DNA of 64,000 nt, from assembly GCA_002633005.1 (NCBI GenBank), contig NMRA01000705.1:62001-126000 (forward strand). The letters run 5' to 3'. The notes beneath the pieces are model-generated. The model searched no databases. It saw only the letters and a program-made list of their open reading frames with translations, and had not been told where the DNA came from. Source of the stretch: Phoronis australis (taxonomy: Eukaryota; Animalia; Phoronida). Below are positions 25,701 through 40,823 of the stretch, piece after piece. A program made the translations under genes and the position numbers. Numbering within the stretch: the first letter of the stretch is position 1; the number at the start of each line of letters is the position of its first letter.

Positions 25701-28700
25701 TCACATGACCATGCAATTTAAGTATTGTCCTGGGTAGTAATGGAAAATATTAGTTATCACTTGATACAATGATTGTTCTTTTAGAAAAAAATCAACAAAT
25801 TTAGTTTGACAGTTATCTGAGCAAAATGTTCAAGACATTTTTTTTAAAGAATAAATTAGTTAGTTCAAATTGTTAGAAGTCCATTTCGCATGAATGTCTT
25901 GACTTCTTTCAAAATCTATGAGACGATGGAAGTTTATTGTTAAGGAAAGAGTCTCTCTCTGCTAGCAGCTGTAGCCACCAGAGCCAGCAGATTAGTCAGT
26001 GAATGGCAACATCAACTTATCCAAAAACTTTAAGATATAGTTTTAAATATGACGGTTTTTATTTTGTAGCTATTATAAAGTCAAGCTGATTCTGGAGTCT
26101 GAGAGTTTAAAAGACATTGACCAGGCCTGTGATATATTACACACCAAACTACCTCAAGGTGAGTGTATCACTGGTTGAGTGTACAGCTGAGTGGGGTTGG
26201 TAGACCTTTAAGGCAAGAGTGCTGGCTCACTTCCTAGATTCCAAGGTTGTATAACTATTATGTCAAGAATAAAAAGACAGAGTCCAGTGCTCTATAATAT
26301 GATGAATTAATAAAAATTTAGAAAATTTTTCATTCATCACTAAGCTGTAAACCATTGTATAGTCACAGTTGCCAAATTTTGTTTTTTCATCATCATATAT
26401 CAAGTTCCTAACTGTTACATTGGACTGTGTGTATTCTTAATTGACCTTGTTGTAGGTTGAGGGGTATGGAGAATCTTGCTTGGCTTTGATTTTTTGCTTG
26501 TAAGAAGTTCTGATCCTATCATGACTGCAGCCAGACATATGTTGAAGATATGAGCTAGTTTGACTGTCATATGATTGACTGTTCATAGCCACATTAATTA
26601 CATTGTTTTGTAGGCTCTATAGTGAAGTATGAGCCAGACCCAGTCTCTGCTGCAGTCAAAAATGTGTATGAACTAATGGACGATCCAACATTCCCCATAC
26701 GGGAGAAGCTTGCTTATGCTCTCAAAGTGATTGAAATGGGTTTGGATAAGTATAGGTAACCAGTTGTTTATCTTAAATTTATACGTTTGAGGTTAAACAT
26801 TTAAAAACATGTGATTTAGAAACTTGTATGCCTGATAGCCATTTCTCTTTAGAACTGCACAACAGACATGTCACATGACATTATTCCCAGACGACTGTCT
26901 CAAACAAATATTATGAGTTGCCTTGTTTGAGCGATAATCTGCTTCAGTCAGCTGCATGGGTGCAGTTCTCCATCATATTTGTTTGTAATTAATTCTGAGA
27001 TTGAGGTAATTTTCTGTCTGTGTACAGAGATCATGATTTTGCGTGTGACTAATGAGAGTGCACTTTTGATGCAGCAACAACTGCTTATTAAAGACTTGAG
27101 GTTTAGGATACCTCTGGGAATACACCTTTTATTGTTTGATATTAATTTCTTTGTCGTGACCACACATTCTGTGTAATCTGATAAAATCGCTAATGGTAGC
27201 AGCTAACTCATCCTGTGTTTGGCTTAATTACTACTTCAAGCTTCTTACAGATTCTATGTGTGTGTGTGACTAAGTTACTACTACTTGCAGCTAACACATC
27301 CTGTGGCTGGTTTAGTTACGACTACTTGCAGCTAACACATCCTGTGGCTGGTTTAGTTACTACTACTTCAAGCTTCTTTCTTATTCTATGTGCATGATTC
27401 AGTTACTACTAGCAGCAGCTAACACGTCTTGTGTCTGGTTAAGCTGCTAGTGATAGGTACCGCACTATGTTTGACTGTCAAAGATGTAATAATACTATAT
27501 TGTTTCTCTCTATTCCGTTCCAGTTTGCAGCAAGTTTGTGTCGGCTTCAATGGTGGTAAAGACTGTACTGCTCTCCTTCATCTAGTCTATGCTGCTATAT
27601 GTAGGTAAAGTCAAACATAGATCAGTGTGACCATGGATCTGAGATACATAATCCCTAGTTACTAATGAGTAGAACCTGGTGACGTCAGATACTGTGCTTG
27701 TAGCATACGGCCGTGCCTTGCAGAGACGTGCGTGATGTCTCATGCCTTGTGAGACACTAGCTTTACTGAATATTATTCAGGTCTACCTTGTCCTTATAGA
27801 CATTAAAATTTACATAGAGATGTGAATATAATGCTATTAGTCATCAAGGTTAGGCTCCAAAGTGTTTCAATTGCTGGGAAACTCAAAACTCACAAGGTTG
27901 GCATTAACCATAGCATGACCTTTCAAATTTTTGAAAAGTCAGGGAGTGCATTTTTGGAAAAATCAATTCAAGTCAACTTCTATGGAATTGTGTGTATGTT
28001 GGTCAGTTCCCAAGATAAGATTGGTATAGAAAATGCACTGGTTCTCAGGCGCTGATAAACATAATGCATGCTTTGAAGAAGTTGAATTTTTCCTTACATG
28101 GGCTTCACAAAGACGAGCAATGTCAAAGTTCTGGTTTCAGGAGGCTCAGACAGATAAATTGGTTATTGGCATATGGAAGGACAGGTTTTAGAGGTGAACA
28201 TTTTTAGTAATTTTGTCCTGGACAAATACTCTATCATGTTATTAATAAAAGCTATGGTCTGAGGGGTGGAGATTGTTGACCATGGTGGTGAGTTCACTTT
28301 ATATTATCTGAAGACATTTTATTTTTAGGAAGTATGGAGCAGAGTCAGTCACATTAACAACACTTTACATCAGGAGTAAGTTGCCATTTCCTGAAGTTGA
28401 GCAGTTCATACAAGAGTCGACTATCAGGTAGTGTGTTTATAATGTTCAATTGCCGAATATTGCCGAACCAGGGGTTCAGCTCATTTACCACACAGTGTGA
28501 CGATAGGATGCAGATAAACATAATAATCTATTCATATAGTTGGGATGATGCTCAGTGTCTCCCATTGACTTTGAATGGGAAAGAGTTGTCATAAAGCATG
28601 GAACTGGTAATGAGCTTGTCTAGTATAATGTCATTTTCATGTTTTGGACTCAGTCAAATAAAATTAAAATGCTGAAATTAACAACATTAGAATAATTAGG

Positions 28701-31700
28701 CCAGATTTTACGTAGCACCTAATAAATTAATAAGCACTTTTTACCAAGCTATGGTCCTTTCTCAGCTCCCAGGAGTATACAATGGATGCAACCATTGTCG
28801 GCATACACTAGTTAATTCAAACATATAACTTTGTAAAAATTTCTAGTGCTAAAATTCCAGTGTGGTTACCTGAATGGCGAAAATATCCAAGACCTGCGAA
28901 GTTTTTGACAATTTGATAATAATTTCTTATTTTCCAGTCCAAATTGTGACTGTTGTAATCGTGCCAGACACATCTTTGCTAAACATCAATTATACAGCAC
29001 ACATCACGAATTTTTGTCCGACCGGTCGGAAATCGGTCGACGGCCGTCTAGCCGACCAGCAGCCAACCAACAACGGTCGGCTAGGAGCCGTCTGCTGAGT
29101 CGCCTCTGTGGTCGGCACTTGGGTCGGCTAGGTGGTCGCCTAGCGTAGACGACTAATTCGGATTAAGCGTGTCCTTGGTCGGCAATTACCATTTTATGAC
29201 TTAGCGGGTGAACTTTGGCCAAATAAACATTAAACTGTTCCCTGTTCGCTCAGCAGTGGCAACTCCGGTCTTGACATCGTTTTATCAAGTTTTGTTTAAC
29301 GTAACCTTTATGTTGAATCACTGACGGCGTTGTAAAATCAAACGTTAAGTGATATCGCGGCCAAATTTCTGCCTCTTAGTATGAGACTTTTTATACATTA
29401 CATTATGCATAAAAACAAGCAAGAAATTTGAAATTTTACAGGAAAATTGCACAAAAATCAGAACACAACGCTGGCTATTTTGCGACATCAAGTGTTTTCA
29501 TGCCGCGGAATGCTCAACAAGCAGCACGCATTTGCGCTCATCTGTTATTGCTCTTGATCATCACGCTGTATATTGCGCTTTACCCCTTATAATTATTGTT
29601 TATTTTTGTAAAATTTCTTAATATGTTGGCACAGCAGAAGAACATCAGTTTATTTTAAGAACAACATAAACAATGGTTTCAACAGTGCAGAGATTAAGAT
29701 CATGGGCGCATTAAAATGGAAGAATGTGATCAGTTATAGTGTCATCCATAATCCATCATCATTATTATTCTGAAGTTGTTGTCACTTTTGGAGTAAAAAA
29801 TTGTTTCAAAGCTAGAGTCTTCTTATCTAGCCAGCTAGCTGTATGAAGACTATAGTCAAAATACAACAAGGTGCCACTGTGTATTGAGCTCCGACAAACC
29901 TCGAAATTGCACACAGCCTGAATAGTTACGCTCGTCACCTCGTCGTGAAGCTTGTATCAACATGAGCTAAAGACCGGGGGATGTGCATGCAAAATCTGGA
30001 ACTCAGTTGACATTCACCTTTCCCGTTACGGACGTTTAAGCGAAAAATATCCGACGTCATTTTCTTGCGTAATTCTCTGCATTGGTAACAAAGAAATGTA
30101 TGTCGTCGTTTTGAAAGTAGTACATTCGTGACTCACGCCACTTCCAGAATTTTTTCGACATCTCGCATTAGATGATGACAACATCGCAGCAAAAGTTGTT
30201 CTAAAATTCGGTTTACTGATATCAAATCCCGAAAACATATATTGAAGTGAAACCAATTCTAATCATTTGTTGTGACGTTTACACAACCTCGAGGGAGAAC
30301 GTTTGATTGAAGAATCTCGGAAAAAGAAACTGGCTAATAGGTGACGCAATATTTCATTGTGCCGAAAGTCGACGCAAAAGATCACACCGCAATTTTAGTA
30401 GCAGAATAATTGTAGAAAAGCAATTTTTGCAACGCCGGTAAATCATATAGATTACTCAAGGAAGATTTTATTCGGTCAGTTTTTACCCACTGAACGGCGC
30501 AAAGTTGTATATTTAATTTAGTAAACAGCTTCGCATCAAGGCCGAGCCCTTTGGAGTAAGAACACAATACTCAGCGTTTCGCATCTACTCCAAGGGGAAC
30601 TTCTCCTGTTGAGAGTTTCTTTCTCACAAAAGTGGTCTTCGAATGTAGAATCTGGACTATGGTATTGTAGTGTTTGTCCTATCATTTCAGTTCACGTTTT
30701 TTCTGAAAATTATCTATACGATTGTTTGTTTTCAATGCAGGAGGAGAATTGTAATCAGATATAAATGTGAATGGCTTATTGTGCGCGTACGTGCTATTCA
30801 CAGTTATAACATACAATTCAACCGATATTACAATAAACGTATGCTTAAAAACGTGCTCCGAGTCTGTGACCTCGCTGTAATCAGCATGCTAAATTTTGAA
30901 GATGCGCTTTGTACTTGGCCTCGATTTATTAATGTAGGGTCCTGACAACACACGACTTTGAAAGTTTTGAAAACGCAACTCTTTTTTACGCAGATACGTT
31001 TTCTGCCCACGCGTACATTTGGTGTATGGCGACGTGGGCAGCGACGCTCTGAATGCATCAACCAAACATTAATTTTTGAAAATGCCCTCAAAAGTGGACT
31101 TTTTTAAAACACGGTGTTGTCCGTATTCGTCAGTGTAGAAAAGCGAAATGAACAGATTTGTACCCACTGCTCAAAGCACTTTTGTGGACATGCGGAAACG
31201 CCAACGTCTCCGTTACAATGATGTGTGTGCTTGGCATTTCTGATGAAGCGCTCTCATGCTGGATTTTTTTAAGATTGAGCGCTGTTTCAAAAAAGTGTTG
31301 TAGGTCTTCTTACAGCTGAGCACAGAAGAATTATTCTGCACCTTGGTTTATTTTCTATCATTTTTTTTCGACATCGCAATCGCTTTACCAAAGATCCACG
31401 CACATATGCCGTGTAGAGACAAATACCTCTTCACCACGTATTCCCATCTTCCCGTAAATTGTTTTATTTTACATAATTTGTCAATATGTTGTTGACAGAA
31501 AATATTTATTTTTGGAACAACGTGAACGAAGAACTGATACATGTACATGTAACTAGCGCAGATTTTAACGTCACCGATGCACTAAAAACGAAATGCGCAA
31601 AGCTAGAATTGGTTGTAGCCTCAACAGTGGTTATTCCTTGTTTGATGTCACTGTCTAAGTTCGTGGAAATCGTAACCATATGATTTCGAAGTTAGATCCA

Positions 31701-34700
31701 TCAAAGTCCGTGAGTTTAGGGCATACTGGACCGTGAAGTTCGCGTCTGTACTGCAATGGTTAATCATATGAAAATAAAAACCCCGGAGTGAGAGCTCTTC
31801 GGTGTAACAACTCACTCACGATCCCATCATCATGGGCACGTGATAAGAGACCGGTGGAGAATTTGAAAAACGCAAAAAGATGCAGTTCGGCGTAACACAA
31901 CCAACAAACAATTGTGGGCGAAGACTGTCAAAATAAATGCGTTTATAAAATGACCACATCGTTATATTGACTGGGAAGTAGCCAATCTAATGCAGCTTGT
32001 TAACGTCGCGAGTCAAATTAAAGATCAAATGTGAATAAAATGTTCACGTTTTTTATCCAAAACTTGTTGCACTGCCCATAATTCACTGATAAAACCGCTT
32101 GCCCTCAACCTTTGAATTAGTGATGTTACACAACTGCGGTGAACTTATGTAACGGAGAAGGTAAAACTAAGTTAATTTATTTGACCCTGTGCTGAGACGA
32201 ATATGCATTGACACGCAAAATGGTATCAGCCTGACAACCTATTACGCAACTGCTACTCTACCCTAAAAATAGCATGGCCGGTTGGCTGAAGGGTCGGCTG
32301 GGGAGTCGTCTTATGAGTCGGCACTGCGGCCGGCTGCCGGTCGGCTAATTTTTTGCCGACCGGTCGGCTAATTTGCTAAGTTTCTAGTGCCATTGCCAAC
32401 AGCCTAGGCGATACCTTATATGCATGTCTTGATGACAAACACCAGTGACACCTGTTGACAATGACATAGCATTTATGCTCTCTCTCTCTGCACTGCATTT
32501 CTTCTTATACATACTTGCAAATGGTAGGAATAGATTACCCATATGTACTAGGGATTTCCAAAAAAGGTTCCGCCAAAGAAGAGTCCTCTCGGAGACTCTC
32601 TCGGAAATAAGATTTTTCAGCATCATTTCACAATTATTCATTTTGATTAACTTCAAAGTTTTCTAAGCCTTAAATCATTATAAGGTAGAAAGAAGAATAC
32701 GGATAATCATTAATGACTGTTCTAGTGTGGGTCTTTTGTAAATAATAATTCACTGTTGTTTTTAGGTACAAATTGAAGTTATTGAGGTATGACGGTCGAA
32801 TGAAGGAACAGTTGAAAACTATGAAGCAAGAGAACCCCTCCATTAAAGGTGTTTTCATGGGTACACGCAGGACTGACCCATACTCAGGTAAGTCAACATT
32901 AGGACTGTTGTCAAGGAGGTGTAGTATGATGATCAAATGACTGAGCACTGAAATGAGAAAACCCGTTAACTGTCTTCATTCTGGACTGACTTGTACTTAG
33001 GTTTGTACAGGTGTCACTGAAGGCAGAACACATGGGTAAATGCCAACATTATTGATTTTGTCTGATCATGTGAGTCTTCTATATAATTTCAGGACAGCTG
33101 ACAATGTAACGCAAGCACTCATTTTGCTGTTTCACTGTTAGCTATCTCAAGAGCTGACATCAGCTAGCTTGATCATGTGGTCATTTTTATGTGCCCAAAT
33201 ACGTGTTATGTGGTTGCATGTTGCCATCGTCTCTGTCTGACTTCCGCCTGGCATTTGTACTTTAATATCCTAAATCCCTTGCAGGATCATTGTGATGTTT
33301 GGCAAGTGACTTCCTACAAACATGAAGACGGTTGACGTTAGTTTACGTAGTACACCCTAGTGGCAATTTTTGTTGTGTGCGTGGCTATGTCTCCTAAACC
33401 CCTTGGATGGATCCACCCACCACTGTCCCCTATAGGCAATTTTTGATTTTTACATTAACTTGTTTTGTATCTTCATAGTTCCTTGAGGGATTGTCACAAA
33501 ATTGGGGCAATAGGCATCTATTAAGGGTTGAAGGCAATGATGCCTTACCATTTTCAGACCGATTTGAGGTATTTTGCACCACCTTGCGGCCATTTTTATT
33601 GTTGTTGTATCCGCCTTCCTCTGCCAAACCACTCCTGTTGAGAAGAGCATGGCTGGCAATGACTTATGCATCTGTTCAACTGTTGTGGCGCCTCCTAGTG
33701 GCACTTTTGTGGGATGTTTTGTCTATAGCTAAAAATCTCCTAAGTTCATTCATGTATTTTTAAGAAATTTGTGTGTGTTTCTATTGAGCATGGTTACTGA
33801 TGTGATTTTGGTACAAATCTGAATGCTGTAGGCTCCCTAGTGGCAATTTTGTTTGAGCTTGCCTTGATATCCAGGGCTCGACATAACGAGCTGCAGGTCG
33901 CATTTGCGACCTGAAATTTGGAAATGCGAGCTGAAATTTTTGTCAGCTCGTATAAAGTCGCAAAATGCGACCTGGATTTTCCAATGAATGCGAGCTGAGT
34001 TTTTACACTTCTCAACAGATACCTGGCAAATACAAAGCAGCTCTTGTTAATCCGACCGTTATTTGGTTGTTGCCAAATACAAGTTCAAAAGAACACTCAC
34101 TAACCGAGAACAGGCCTCCCAATGACTTGTAAGCAAGTCGCGTGAACATGGGATATGCAGAATCGATCTTTGACGCGTTTCATTGGCTAACACTTTCGGC
34201 CACTTTTGTAAATTCCCGGACTCGCCGAATGAAGAAAGTTTCGGGCCACTGCTTACACGTGATAAAACTTCACAAAACAACGGTGTTTCTATTAATTCTT
34301 AAGTGATCAACTTACCAAACTTTGTGGTGGACAAAAATGCTTATTTTTCGCATGAGATGTCCTTATTACATGTACCAAATATCCACGACAATATCCCTGA
34401 TATCGCACTGCGGCACCGTTAGCGCGCAAGCGGGGCAGACAATCGTGACTTAGACTGAGATGTGCTTCTCCTTTTATCGTATTAAGACAGCCAAAGTGAA
34501 AATGACAACTTTATTAATCGCCAAACGACGGTCACGTCTTTACTTTCAGTTGCCAAGAAATTCTCAAACCCTTTACTTGTCTCTGGGGCTACGTGCCCGA
34601 AATATGATTTGTCTTTCACACGATGTTGCCAACGTAAAGTGTAGGCCTACTCCAGCGGTTCAAGTGCGTGAACTCACGTCTGCGCACCACTTCAAAGAAC

Positions 34701-37700
34701 AGCAACAGTCCTAAATGAAAGAGTATACCGGCTTGGCTCTGTTTTTTTGAAAATGAGCTCAGATTCCCAGCGGTTATAAAAGACCCGAAGTCCCGGGACC
34801 GATATAACCCAGAATAACGTTATCCTGTTCCGATGTTTCCCGAGGTCGATGTTCTGTAAACCCTGTATTCTATGCCCGTAGCCAGCTATTGCAACTAAAC
34901 TGGCACTAGATGCGAAATTGTGGTTCAAGTTAGCAAACTTTTCATTCTTCTCTTTATACATGCCCCGGCAACTTTTCGCTCCCCGAACCACCGTCGCCGT
35001 AAAATGTTCAGACTCCTGTAGAAACAACCTTGTTCCGGCTGAAGCGGGCAGTTAAACAAAATCATTCCGGGTGGCTAAAAAGGGTACAATGTAGGTGGTA
35101 AGGATATCCAGAAAGTCACCCCTACCAGATGGAGTTTGCCTCGCAAAATCGTATCATTATAACGTTTCTTACCATTGCAGCGTTTTAATATCTTATTACT
35201 GCAAACACTGAGGTTAACGACTATGCTCACGCACAAGCCTACTCCCTACCTTTAAAGTGTTTCATAATAAGCGCTCACTGATCTAGTAAAATTAAGTCCC
35301 CCCTTAAATTTTGAGAATTTCCAATTAAGCGCCCACAGTTCAAGCTAGCGCCCATCATTGCGCACTACAAACGACCGCGTGTGGTATAAAATTGACACGC
35401 AGCTTATATGGTGTGTGTGTCACTTTCATTTTACACAACTTCAGTTTTCAAAAACGTCTTTTCACAATATGTAAAAACCAAATCCCGGCTTTGTTTTATA
35501 CCTCGGAAAGAAAGTTAACACTAGTGACGTGCGTGTCGTTTTGCGACTAACCTATTTTTCCCGTACCTTGGAAGGTATTGAAGAGCCAACTCGCGATTAC
35601 CCGAGTTAGTTTGAATCGTTAACGACTTTGATGATGGCCAGTAGCAGACCAGATCTAACAAAATCCCGGATACTTTTTCAACGGGCATTTTCTCCCTTTT
35701 CACATCGCAAATTTAGCTACTCGAATGCAGTCAGTTAGAGAGCACTGATTCAACTTTCATGCCGGCAACTTGCCTTGCGCTCTAGAGACTTTCAATNTAC
35801 TTTTAGTAAAGTTTATCAAAAAAGAAAGATGCATTCAAAGCAAAAGAGCAGCATCAATAACATGATCATGCCACAGTAGAGCATTTTAAAAACAATCTTG
35901 TTTTGGAGGGCATAAAGTATAGCATCTGAAAGGTTCTTGTGAATTCGATTAGTCATTTCTGAGATGTTCTGAAGTTTGCCAAGTCACATTTTACAACATA
36001 GTGCTCTCTGCTGTCACAGTCTTGCCACTGATAATTTCATAAATGTTTGCCCAGTTGTAAGCACATTTTGCATTAGGGTGCCATGTTTTGGCTTAAATAC
36101 AAAACAAAGTCCTTGCACTGCAAGGCTTCGAATTTTCCGTGGAAACGCGGATTTCCACTTTTTTCTTTTAGCCCCTCCGCGTATTTTCGTTGTACTTCCG
36201 CGGAAAAAATCGGATTTGCCATAAAACTATCGCGGCAAATTGGTTTCTCACCGCGGCATTGCCGACGACTCGAAAAGCGGAAACTGCCTCCTGTTCAGTA
36301 ACGCTAGGACCTCGCTAAAAAGTAAGACTTCACGAGATTACGTGAGATATTGCGGGTGTATTTTAAATGAGAACACGTGACTTTGACTAGGTTTTAGCTA
36401 GGTCCTAGTGTAGGTCCTAGCTTCTACTGATCTCACGCCTGCTCTTTATGTTTCGGAGGAACGAAAATTGTAATTGCGGATCACAGGCGCTCGAATTTCT
36501 CGATGACTCGTAACCATATACAAGAAACATGCTTTCTTAGTAGTGAGTGACGTCAGAGGCAATCGAGGAACAGATAAATTCAAGCTCCTGTGCCTGGGAT
36601 AGCGTGGTTCATCAATGGTGTCTGCATTTGGTATAAAATAGTGCGATTCTGCTGTCAAAAATGCGTGCAGCGTGGAGTAGACAGTATTTCGTGGAAAAGT
36701 GGATAAAAGAAACGGTCAATGTTTTCAAAAACAACATAAGTCAAGGTTTGTGCTCTGTAAACTTTGAGAGAGGAACAATTACAGAGTGCGTGTCCGAGTC
36801 GCCTCGGACTAAGTTGGAGTCGGAGGACCGACTGAAAACAATGAAACACCAGAAATAACAACGCTCCCTGAAAGAAATTCAACCGCTGGATTGAAATCAT
36901 AGGATGTGAGTGATGTATGAAATTCTTTTGTTTGATCCCACATGCCCGCCCGTTACCATTGGCTGCTGAGCCCTAACTAAGGCCTGACTGCTTTGAGTGC
37001 AATTTTGTACGTGCCGCCGAAATGGGATATAAAGTGCTATTTTCGTTACTGCAAATGCATTTTAAATTGCCTTGTATGTATTTCAATTTTTCTTGAGATT
37101 TTTCGTGTTCTATTTTGTGATGCAAGTTTTGCAATTTTAGAGAAGTGATCACGTGACAGATTCTGAATGATCTGGATTGGTCTAAGCCATTGTTTACAAA
37201 TTCTGCCCCGCTATTTTCAGTGTCCTGCTAGAACTTTATTTCTTATGTCACATAGTTTTTTCTACACCAGCGTGACTTATGAACAATTAACTCCTGTAAT
37301 TACTGTTTGAAACTGAAAAGTTTGGCCAACTTAGAATTGTGATTGATGCATTCTATAAAGTATGTTGTTTTTGACTTTCATTTTTCCATGCTAACAGTTG
37401 GGGGTATGAGCCACAGGTTTTCGTCTTGACTTTTTTTCATTTGCATTGGAATTAAAATTGTTGTTGGAATTAAATGTGTATGTATTTCAGACTTTCTAGG
37501 TAATCTATGCATCAATTTTCAATTTTTTGTAATTTTGTATCGTAATCATAAGAATTGAAAATAATTTTATAGGTCTCCCTCAGTGCAGCAAATCAAGAAT
37601 AGGCTCCTGCCACTCAGACTGCAAATTTTTCATCATTATCACTATTTTAATTTTAAAAAATATTTTTTGTTGCATCTAATTGCCTTCATTGTTGTTGCTG

Positions 37701-39963
37701 AAATAGATATCAGGTACTGCTTAAGTGTGTTTTGCCGACACGACACAATAACGTTTGATCTGTTGAGGTATGGTTTAGATTGAAATGTGTATTTAGGGCC
37801 GTAAAAATTTCCTCTTTTTTGTCATGGGTCATTCCAAGCCCTGTTGCAGAAAGAGCTATGGTCTGTATTGTTAGCATGCCAGAGTTTAGTATGACACGTT
37901 TTGGACCCAGTCAATAAGGAGTAGAATGTACAAATTAGAAATGATATTAGTAATTAGGCAACACCACTTTAAAAATTTTACCGGGCTATAGACCTGGTAA
38001 ATCTTTATCCTTGGAAATTTTAAGTTGTAGTAGAAGTGTTGATTGCTGAAATGCCCCTTAATGCAAAAATCCAAGACCTGCAAAATTTTTGAAAATGTAA
38101 TGTGTCTGCATTTTCATTCTTATTTGCTAGAAGTCCTAATGGCATCATAATAGTGACAGACACGTCATAACTACACTCGTGTAGGTACACCTCAGTTGAT
38201 TTGGAAAGTCATACCCAAAGTCAGGGAAGACTATAGTAGCCCCAGCACAAAGTAAGGAAACAAAACCTTGTTAAAAGATTAAAGTAACATGATTATATTA
38301 TCATGGTGACTTTCATTTTGGCAGTACATAAATAACCTCCAAAACATTGAAGTTGACTACGTGCATTAAGTGTTTGAATGTGTTTTCTTGTGCGTGAGCA
38401 TGTGTTTCTAGAATGCCTTGGATGTAATGTAAAAAATTTCATTTGGTGATCTTAGAAGGTTTAAATGGATTTGGGTTATATAGCACCTCAGTGTTCAGTT
38501 ACAGCTGGAGCTGAGATTAAGTATGCATTCCACAAATAAGGCTGGTTTGTCAAGATCAGGCACTGGCCTCACTGGCGAGTATCATGCAATACTAAAGGGC
38601 CCCCTGAATCACTGAAATCTAGAAAGTATTATGAACTTTCGTTGCCCTTTAATGGATGGACAATAGTGGGGTTTGTACATTCTTTAGCTTGGGTTTCTTT
38701 TGAATATGACTAGTGATGTCATTGTATGTGTAGTAGTGAAGAAAAAGACCATTCATCGTCTGCTTCCATTACCGGTATATTTCAGACAGTCTAGATGACT
38801 TTGCCATGACAGACAGTGACTGGCCCAGCTTCATGAGGATCAACCCACTGCTAGACTGGACCTACCATGATGTATGGATATTCCTCAGATCTCTCTGTCT
38901 TCCATACTGCTCCCTGTATGACTGTGGGTAAGATATATCTACATATTCATGAATGCCCTTTTGTCCTCTATGTTTGTATTGTGAATGCCCATCTAGGTTG
39001 AATTTGTGAATTCACATCTGATTCAACTTATGATAAGTGATCATCCGTCATAGATTGATTCATGGAAAACTTGTCTTGATCATTCATCGTTTCTCAGTGA
39101 TAGGAAATACTGCATACATTTGACAATATTATGGACCTTCCATGATAAATTAGTAATACACGAATAGTTAATATGAATTCGTATTAGCTATTTGTATCGT
39201 ACAATTCATAAAAATTCATGGAAATGTTTACGTATATGTTTTCATAAAGTCTTTTTATGATAAATTATGAAAGACCGCTTTTGCCAATAAGGTCTTTGGG
39301 TTTCTTGCTAGTTCAATTCTGACTTATAGATTTATTTATGTCTTCACACTACCAGTAGCATGTGGTTGAACACTCAGGTAGACGCTGTGTCTACCATCCT
39401 AGCTATCTTTTACTTAATATGTAGGGTATTGACTGTTCAGGACATTCTTGTATATCATGAGGGACCTAGTACAGGTGAAAATTTTAGCCAAACCCAATTA
39501 AACTTGCGAACTGAAGCACTCAAGTACCCCATTCCCTGCCAACACAACAAGGAGCCCGCTGGCTGGGCAGCCAACAGTCAACAGGCCCAATTAGTTTTAT
39601 GACATAATGAAGTGTCATAAAGGATTACGTAAGTAACCAAGCAGCAGGACTGAATTCAATGGACTACTGTGTTGGCATTACAAACTCCAACCTTCAGAGG
39701 ATCATCATGTGATGGCCAATTTTTCCTGTACTTTGTTCCTCATGTTTTGTCTGGTGGCTTGTTCAGAGGTGTGGTATTCATCATCCAAGACACACTAATA
39801 CGATAGTGTCTTGTTTCTTATTGACAGGTATACCTCACTGGGAAGTACAGAGGACACCCACCCGAACCCATTACTGGAGTATGTAGATAAGAGGGGCATA
39901 GTGATCTATAAAGCAGCCTGGACCCTGGAAGATGGTGAAGCTGAGAGGCACGGTCGACTATAA
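16778..39963 (+). CDS. FLAD1: FAD synthase (bifunctional molybdopterin-binding/CinA-like plus PAPS-reductase-like FADS domain), 13 exons
   Basis: Exons: 16778-16883, 18766-18860, 21028-21151, 21556-21668 (duplicate 22282-22394), 23276-23416, 24452-24600, 26070-26158, 26614-26755, 27524-27604, 28329-28427, 32766-32887, 38786-38927, 39828-39963. Phases are all compatible. Motifs: [93 protein letters not shown]. Confidence 0.96.
20069..21008. repeat. Tandem minisatellite, 59-60-bp unit, about 15 copies, in FLAD1 intron 2
   Basis: The unit caaaatgttacacaggccgtttcatcattttgtgactcaatgcaatattcacgtt(t)a repeats nearly perfectly. Two units carry an extra aacgtgaattaact insertion. Confidence 0.97.
21076..22526. 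other. 725-bp duplication across an N gap (21076-21800 / 21802-22526); probable assembly artefact
   Basis: Offset 726, few SNPs, N at 21801. It duplicates part of FLAD1 exon 3 and all of exon 4. Confidence 0.85.
27200..27445. repeat. Degenerate tandem repeat, ~39-bp unit
   Basis: Recurrent gcagctaacacatcctgtggctggtttagttac(g/t)actactt. Confidence 0.8.
28720..28830 (-). repeat. Possible SINE fragment (conserved central-domain type)
   Basis: The minus strand tgtatactcctgggagctgag...gtaaaaagtgctt...attaatttatt resembles the ctgtatgctccccagggagttgag...gtaaagcgct pattern of ancient metazoan SINEs (from memory). Confidence 0.35.
28998..32389. mobile_element. Probable non-autonomous DNA transposon (CACTA/EnSpm-like) in FLAD1 intron 10
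   Basis: Both ends carry clusters of (g)ccgac/gtcgg subterminal repeats, including ccgaccggtcgg at about 29017 and 32357. The right end is ...ctagtg (CACTAG reverse complement) and the interior is CpG-richer than the flanking intron. Confidence 0.5.
33872..35796. mobile_element. Probable hAT-like non-autonomous element, right end lost at the N gap
   Basis: Begins cagggctcgacataac followed by caggtcgcatttgcgacctg and gtcgcaaaatgcgacc subterminal palindromes. CpG-rich interior ending at N 35797. Confidence 0.45.
36495..36592 (+). repeat. Interspersed repeat segment shared with 56758-56853
   Basis: aatttc(t/a)cgatgactc...acaagaaacatg...gagtgacgt...atcgaggaacagat..attcaagc.cctgt occurs at both loci. 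Confidence 0.7.
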
Positions 39964-40817
39964 CAGAGAAATTTTAAAGAAAAGACATAATGTTTTCATT
40001 TTTTGTGTCATGGTTTTAGTCATTCTATTCATCAGTTACATCTTGTCAAAATTCATTGTAAGGTTACTAGCCTAGGGTTGGTGTCCAGAGGAATTATTAC
40101 CCAGTTTGTGCACCATATCCATGAGACAGAGGTCAACAGGTCGTGTCCTGCACCAGGTTAGACTGCTTGTGCACCACTTGGGCCTTTTTTTGAACAACAT
40201 TTCTTTCTCATATGTGCTATACCCCTATCATGCACGCATATTTACCCCTCCATGACCACTTTTCTTTGGTAGTGGGTGGACCAACTCTGGTACCACACAC
40301 TATTCCCATTCCAGGGGGATGTAAACATTTTGACCAATCCCTATCGATTTTTCAAGTCTTAACAAGAAAATAGGTCATGAAATCTATCGGCAGGTATGTC
40401 CTTGGGCGAGGAAGGGACACCACAGGCATAGAATGTGGTTGGTTTGTTAGATGGAAACAGTGGTTTGAGAGGGCAGAATATACAGCCACGACGGGAATAA
40501 GGTGGGCGTTCATGTTTGTCTTACAATTTATTATGAAAGACTGACTTGATTTGACCATTACATTTGATCCATGGAATTTGTACATGGCAGTAATTGATAG
40601 TCGCTTGTATCAAGTCCTAATTTCAGAACTGTGTTTTCATTTTCTTAGCGTTGCAATAAGCTCCCTGTCATTCCCAGTCAACATACAGTTGGGTACTTCG
40701 ACAATGACTCTCGCTTCCTCTTAGATGCTATTAGGGGGCATTCTGGGTTGTTTTGTCTGACGTGTACTGTATGTTGAAACATCATCCATGTTGGAGCAAT
40801 GAACAGTTAAACAATAC

Positions 40818-40823
40818 AATAAA
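40818..40823 (+). terminator. Candidate poly(A) signal of FLAD1
   Basis: AATAAA about 850 nt after the stop, followed by T/GT-rich sequence. Confidence 0.45.
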